28,821 nt of DNA from Verrucomicrobiota bacterium (GTDB taxonomy: Bacteria; Verrucomicrobiota; Verrucomicrobiia; Limisphaerales; SXQI01), in NCBI GenBank assembly GCA_033762115.1, contig JANRLX010000070.1:1-28821 (forward strand). Reading direction: 5' to 3'. The position numbers and the translations under genes are program-made. Below are positions 23,885-28,821 of the stretch, one piece after another. How positions within the stretch are numbered: position 1 is the first letter of the stretch; each line of letters starts with the position of its first letter. Below the pieces are notes generated by a model that worked only from the letters and a program-made list of their open reading frames with translations, did not search any database and was not told where the DNA came from.

Positions 23885-26572
23885 ATGCGTTTCTGCTGGT
23901 TCCTTTTATTATTTGTCCTTTCCGCGCAGCTCCTTTTCGCGGCTGAAACTGGAGAAAATGAGGCCTTTACCCCGGCAGCAAAAGCTTTCCAGGATCATTT
24001 TTATGATCGGGCGGAGAAAGAGCTTAATGATTTTCTGGCGAAATTTCCGCAATCAAATCGCGCAGGTGAAGCCGCGCTGATGAGGGTTCAATCTCTATTC
24101 CACTTAAAACGATATCCTGAGGCGAATGCAATAATCACTGAGCACCTCGCTAAAGCGAACCATCTGGCCGATTATTTTCTGTTTTGGCGTGCGCAGATTG
24201 AGATGGTTCAAAATCAGTTTATACCAGCGGCAGAGTATTACCGAAATCTTGTTGAGCGATACACGAATTCCCCCTTACGCCTGCAGGCAATCGTGGGTGA
24301 GGCCCAGGCTCGATTTCGTGCGGGACACCTCACAAATGTGGTCCAACTGCTCCAGGGCACAAACACAACCTTTTCCGAACTTTCTGCCTCTTCCAGCAAC
24401 TTGACGCTGGTAGCTGAAGGAAGATTGCTGCTGGCCCGAGCCCTGGTGGACATAAATAATCTGGAACCAGCCCGACAGGTATTGGTGGAATTAGCCCAGC
24501 AACAGCTTTCTGCTGAGCAGAAATGGGAACAGACGAGGCTCCTGGCAGAAGTGGAACTTTCGTCCAAAAATCCTGTTTTGGCCCTTGGGTTGGTGACAAA
24601 TGCGCTTCCCCTGTTCACAAATCAAGCGGCTTTAATGGCACAGGCCCTGACCTTTCAGGCGAACATTCATAAGGCAATGGGCAGGGTGGACGAAGCAATT
24701 GCTGCGCATGAATCGGTCGCCAATCTTGACAGTCTTTCGGCTGAACTGCGCCGCCTGGCCATGTTAAAGGCTGTTGAGTTAATGATAGAGCAGGGGAGGG
24801 AAACGAATGCGGCTGTGCGATTAAATACGTATCTCTCGCGATTTCCCAATGACCCTTCCGCTGACACTCTTCACATTAAAGCAGGAGAAATCCTCCTTTC
24901 AGCGGGCAATGCGCAACGTCGGAATTTGTCCTCTCCTCCGGTTTCCGGAGCTCTTACAAATATCCTTTTCCAGGCCCGAACTCATTTCGATGCAATCATC
25001 AATCGCTATACCAACAGCCCATTGGTGGGAAAGGCATTACTGAATAAAGGGTGGACGTACTGGGAGGAAAGCACCGCTCTGGGTAATCCAGAATTAATGC
25101 AACCCGCTGGCGCTTCATTCCAGGCGGCTCTTTCTGTTCTTCCAAAATCTGAAGAGCAGGCAATAGCCCAATTAAAGTTCGGGGATGTTTCTGTCCAGTT
25201 ACGCAATTACCCCATTGCCATGACCCAGTACCAGCAGGTGATTTCAAATTATTCAGAGATTCCGCAGGTCACCACGAGATGGCTGCCTGAAGCGTTGGGG
25301 AAGATCTTTAAATTACAATTGCTCCAGACCAACTTATCAGACTCCGAAGCTGTGCTCAGTCAGTTCATGGAGAAGTCTCCCGAATCTCCCCTAAGGCATG
25401 AATTATCATTGCAATTGGCCGAAACCTACAACCGGAGGAAGGAGGGTGATAATGCGAGGAGGACATTGGAAAAATTTGGTGCACTTGCGACTAATTCACC
25501 TGTAAAGGCTTCCGCAGAGTTGCTCGTGGCCCAGAGTTTTGCGGTGGAGGAAAAGTGGACTAATGCAGTGACGCAAATAAATTCGTGGCTTGCTGCCTAT
25601 CCGCAGCATCCATCGAGAGCAGAAGCGGAATTTGAACGATGCTGGATGCTTTGGGGGGCGGGTCAGGAAACAAATGCATTTTCTGCTTTTACTAATTTTG
25701 TCGCGCAGTTTCCCACCAACCAACTGGCCCCTTTGGCCCAAAATTGGGTGGCTGATTATTACTTGAGCCAGGATAAGCTGAATCTTGCAGAGCAGGCCTT
25801 TCAACGCATTCTCCAGAATACCAACTGGACAGTCTCTGATCTTCGCTATCAGGCTCAATTGATGGCGGCACGAACTGCCTTTGCCCGGCAAGGTTACAAT
25901 GATGCCAGAGCTTATTTAACCAATCTGTTGGCAGATTTGAATTGTCCTCCGGCGATTGTCCCAGAGGCGTGGTTTCTCCTGGGAGATTTATTGATCGAGC
26001 AACGAGTTGCAGGGACGACCAACCAATTGAATAATTATGTCGAGGCCCTGAATGCATACACTCGGATAGTTACGCAATTCCCCACAAATCGTCTTGAACC
26101 TCTGGCGTGGGGACAGATAGGAAATTGTCACCTCCAGCTTGCGAGCCAATATCCAGAAAGTTTTGAGAAAGCCACGAATGCTTACTTTCGGTTGTTGAAC
26201 AGCAAGCATCCTGAGATTTCCGCCGCAGCGCGCCAGCAGGCCGAGGTTGGCATCGGTTTAACTTTGGAAAAGTGGGCTGAATCCCGCCCTCTTGCAGAAA
26301 AAAAAGCAATACTGGCAATGGCCCTTTCCCATTTTTTAAATGTTGTTTATGGAAAAACGACCCCCGGAGAAGCAGTCTCGCCGTTATGGCTGAAGCGGGC
26401 TGGATCATCTGCTGGCAGAATTGCAGAATCGTTGGGTAATTATGCTGCTGCAGCAGACCTTTATCGAAGGCTGATGGATGATCTTCCAAGCGCCCGTGCT
26501 TTATGGGAAAGCCGTCTTCGAACGTTGGAATCCACCGGTGGGATTACTGATGTGACGCCACCGCAGGGGTAA
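23885..26572 (+). CDS. Large exported tetratricopeptide-repeat protein (BamD/CpoB-like repeats)
   Basis: MRFCWFLLLFVLSAQLLFA signal peptide (ATG 23885; in-frame ATGs at 23864 and 23867 are alternatives). Helical repeats ending FPQSN, YTNSP, FPNDP, YPQHP, FPTNQ, FPTNR. Confidence 0.87.
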   Translation: MRFCWFLLLFVLSAQLLFAAETGENEAFTPAAKAFQDHFYDRAEKELNDFLAKFPQSNRAGEAALMRVQSLFHLKRYPEANAIITEHLAKANHLADYFLFWRAQIEMVQNQFIPAAEYYRNLVERYTNSPLRLQAIVGEAQARFRAGHLTNVVQLLQGTNTTFSELSASSSNLTLVAEGRLLLARALVDINNLEPARQVLVELAQQQLSAEQKWEQTRLLAEVELSSKNPVLALGLVTNALPLFTNQAALMAQALTFQANIHKAMGRVDEAIAAHESVANLDSLSAELRRLAMLKAVELMIEQGRETNAAVRLNTYLSRFPNDPSADTLHIKAGEILLSAGNAQRRNLSSPPVSGALTNILFQARTHFDAIINRYTNSPLVGKALLNKGWTYWEESTALGNPELMQPAGASFQAALSVLPKSEEQAIAQLKFGDVSVQLRNYPIAMTQYQQVISNYSEIPQVTTRWLPEALGKIFKLQLLQTNLSDSEAVLSQFMEKSPESPLRHELSLQLAETYNRRKEGDNARRTLEKFGALATNSPVKASAELLVAQSFAVEEKWTNAVTQINSWLAAYPQHPSRAEAEFERCWMLWGAGQETNAFSAFTNFVAQFPTNQLAPLAQNWVADYYLSQDKLNLAEQAFQRILQNTNWTVSDLRYQAQLMAARTAFARQGYNDARAYLTNLLADLNCPPAIVPEAWFLLGDLLIEQRVAGTTNQLNNYVEALNAYTRIVTQFPTNRLEPLAWGQIGNCHLQLASQYPESFEKATNAYFRLLNSKHPEISAAARQQAEVGIGLTLEKWAESRPLAEKKAILAMALSHFLNVVYGKTTPGEAVSPLWLKRAGSSAGRIAESLGNYAAAADLYRRLMDDLPSARALWESRLRTLESTGGITDVTPPQG

Positions 26573-28001
26573 ACTGCTTTTCCGGTTTTGACAGTTCACC
26601 ATGCAGCTTGATCAATTCCTGGGCAAGTGACTCGGAAGCAGTGCCTATTTTTTTTCCGATGTATGTTTTGACGAGCAAAGCTCGTTGTTCCTTTTTTAAT
26701 TCCGGATCAGCCAGGTAGTCTCGAATTGCCTTCCACATTTCTTCGTAACTGTGGACGAGCGTCGTGGCATTTTTGTCGACGATATGCTTGAAATGTTCCC
26801 AGTTATAATATTCGTGGCATGGAATTCGGTTTTTGATTGGAAGTGGATCGAATGCAATATGAACAATGGGCTTCTGAAAATATGAGGCCTCAATGGTTAC
26901 AGTGGAAAAAATATTGATATTCAGCGTACAATAATAAAGTGAGTTTCTGGAGGCTTCCAGCTCCCTCTGGTTTGGAACGTAATCCTCCTGGCCTTTTCCT
27001 GGAGGAAGTCCCGGGTGCAAGCCCATGGGATATCGGCCCAGTAATTTACTGTAACCTTGAAAAGTATCGAACGGATGGCACTTGACCAATACTTGCAAAT
27101 CACCGGGAAGCTTTTCCCCTTTTGCGATTTCCTTGAGCAATTCTTCAATAATGATGTGCTGCTGCTCATGTCTGGCTTGCGGCATGGTGCTGAATAACAG
27201 AGTGCGTTTTAGTGGATCAAGGCCATAGCTTGCGCACCATTCTGCATAACTTAAATCCGGTTGTTCTGCATAAAGGTCAAGTTGCGGAATCCCTACAATC
27301 CTGATCTGTTCAGCTCGATAACTTGGATATGTTTGCAGGATTTCTTCCTTTGTATGCCCGTGCCAAACAAGCACTGCATCGAATCTGCGTGAGAGGAGGA
27401 TTTTACTCGAAAGCTGGTCCCAGCTTAAAATCATGAAGACACGGGGAATGTTAAGTGACAGGGCTGTGCGAAAAATACTTTCCTCAAAATAACTTGTCGC
27501 ATGGGTGGCAAAAAGCATTGCTGGTCGATACTTTTCGAACAGAGCGTTCAGCACTGAAGGTTTATTCAAGCGATAATCAAGGTCCTCCAACAAACGATAC
27601 AGAGCTGGAGGATTAAAAAGCCTGATCAGCTTTTTTACAAAAAAGCCGCCCACTCGCTGATACAAGGGTCTTTTGATGTATTTTTCCCAGATTGCTTCGG
27701 TCGCACTTTGGCGACCTTCCATATAAACTTTCTTTTTAAGCTGCCTCAGCAATCCCCATTTCCGCGGCTCCCGACCGGGAGCAAAGGGGATGATTTCATA
27801 TCTTTGGCCATATCCTAATTGCTCCAACCCTTTGGCCAGCTTTTCTGTCGCAATGACAACAACCGTGAAATGGTCACTGACCTTCTCAATGACTCCAGTC
27901 TGGAAAAAGTTACGGATGGCCCATCCTGTCGAAACCGAAACGACCAGGACTGGCTTTTTCCTGGGTTCCTGAGAGAGGTGGGCACTGCTGGAAAAACTCA
28001 T
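26544..28001 (-). CDS. GT-B fold surface-polysaccharide transferase, CDP-glycerol glycerophosphotransferase (TagB/TagF)-like
   Basis: RNFF near the N-terminus, ILSWDQLSSK, IVGIPQLDLY, VKCHP, FSTVTIEASYFQKPIV. Overlaps the convergent TPR gene by 29 bp. Confidence 0.68.
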   Translation of the reverse strand: MSFSSSAHLSQEPRKKPVLVVSVSTGWAIRNFFQTGVIEKVSDHFTVVVIATEKLAKGLEQLGYGQRYEIIPFAPGREPRKWGLLRQLKKKVYMEGRQSATEAIWEKYIKRPLYQRVGGFFVKKLIRLFNPPALYRLLEDLDYRLNKPSVLNALFEKYRPAMLFATHATSYFEESIFRTALSLNIPRVFMILSWDQLSSKILLSRRFDAVLVWHGHTKEEILQTYPSYRAEQIRIVGIPQLDLYAEQPDLSYAEWCASYGLDPLKRTLLFSTMPQARHEQQHIIIEELLKEIAKGEKLPGDLQVLVKCHPFDTFQGYSKLLGRYPMGLHPGLPPGKGQEDYVPNQRELEASRNSLYYCTLNINIFSTVTIEASYFQKPIVHIAFDPLPIKNRIPCHEYYNWEHFKHIVDKNATTLVHSYEEMWKAIRDYLADPELKKEQRALLVKTYIGKKIGTASESLAQELIKLHGELSKPEKQFTPAVASHQ

Positions 28002-28006
28002 TCGTG

Positions 28007-28821
28007 TTATTGAGCAGCTTCCAAGGTATTAAATATTGGTGTCTCGGTGCTTTGGTTAATTTTTCGCTCCTGGAGTTTCGCGATCTGTGTGGAAAGAGAA
28101 GCTCCATCAAGTCCGTGATGACGGAGAACCTCAATCGGCGTTCCGCAAACAGGAAGTTCTGTCAGCCCAAAGCGTTTGAATTTGCGATTCCCAAGCACCC
28201 CATTTTCAACCAATGCTGTTAATAGACGTTCTCCCATGCCCCCTTCCAGCATATGATCTTCAAGGACATAGAGATGAGTATGCTTCTGTAACAACCCGGA
28301 AAACCATTTGAGGTCAAAACGATTCAGCCAGGGCATATTAACCACAGCCAATTCAAATCCGTTCGTCGATAAAAGCTCTGCCGCGGTCAAGGCCTCGTGC
28401 AACATTACAGGTCCGTAAGCGATGATTATTGCGTCAGATCCCTTTCGCAAAAGCGCTCCTTTTCCGATTTCGAACTGGTAGTCTGCCGGCAAGGAAAGCT
28501 CCCTTGGGCTGGGGCCGATGTTCATCCTGAGCATGCAATTTACGTTCGCCCTTTCGACAGCAAATCGAGTGGCCCAGCGGGCCTCCTCAAGGTTGCACGG
28601 CTGGATCATAAGCATGTTTGGCAATGATCCAAAAAGGCCTATGTCACGCACGCTTTGATGGCTTTTGCCGGGCCCTGCGGGTATCATTCCAGCAAAATGA
28701 GCAGCATAGATAATTTTCGTGCCTTCGCAGGCATTGTTGTAAATTTGTTCGTTGGCACGGGCGGAAAGAAAACTGGAGAAGGAATTGACGACGGGGAGCA
28801 ATCCTTGACGGGCCATGCCAC
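28007..28821 (-). CDS. Transketolase-like protein, pyrimidine-binding and C-terminal domains, 5' end outside the window
   Basis: GMARQGLLPVVNSFSSF, RANEQIYN, GPGKSHQSVRD, LRKGSD, YGPVM, LEDHMLEGGMG, HHGLD. The frame is open to the right edge, so Met 28816 is probably internal. Confidence 0.87.
   Translation of the reverse strand, partial: GMARQGLLPVVNSFSSFLSARANEQIYNNACEGTKIIYAAHFAGMIPAGPGKSHQSVRDIGLFGSLPNMLMIQPCNLEEARWATRFAVERANVNCMLRMNIGPSPRELSLPADYQFEIGKGALLRKGSDAIIIAYGPVMLHEALTAAELLSTNGFELAVVNMPWLNRFDLKWFSGLLQKHTHLYVLEDHMLEGGMGERLLTALVENGVLGNRKFKRFGLTELPVCGTPIEVLRHHGLDGASLSTQIAKLQERKINQSTETPIFNTLEAAQ

Noticed and set aside
26544..26572. 29 bp overlap of convergent gene ends as a regulatory device
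   Set aside because: Short 3' overlaps are common in compact genomes and nothing else supports a function.
1..28821. CRISPR arrays, tRNA/rRNA genes, IS elements, integrases, long tandem repeats
   Set aside because: None seen. The largest intergenic gaps are about 190-245 bp and look like divergent promoter regions.

Overview
Bacterial chromosomal window with 20 tightly packed CDSs (both end genes truncated). I found no rRNA, tRNA, CRISPR array or mobile element. The gene content (DUF1501 protein, several exported beta-propellers, large exported TPR protein, the HU sequence type) suggests the PVC superphylum, probably Verrucomicrobiota; this is an inference. Left to right: a partial GSDH-family propeller missing from the ORF track; two divergent single-module NRPS genes (C-A(Ser)-T on minus; McyG/TubE/PksJ-type A-T-C on plus, whose C domain reads HQxxxDG), with no release domain in the window; tgt; a PQQ-like propeller; a FAH-fold protein lacking the usual catalytic residues; a Tat alkaline phosphatase; DUF1501; a GT-C/methyltransferase/UbiA/HAD cassette; panE-like reductase; HU; a run of four exported proteins (NHL-like, gluconolactonase, PQQ-like, TPR); a TagF-like transferase; and a partial transketolase-like gene. 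The most unusual signals are the NRPS pair and a roughly 6-fold excess of the dipeptide Thr-Asn in the exported TPR protein. All family calls come from motif recognition by eye, not from database searches.
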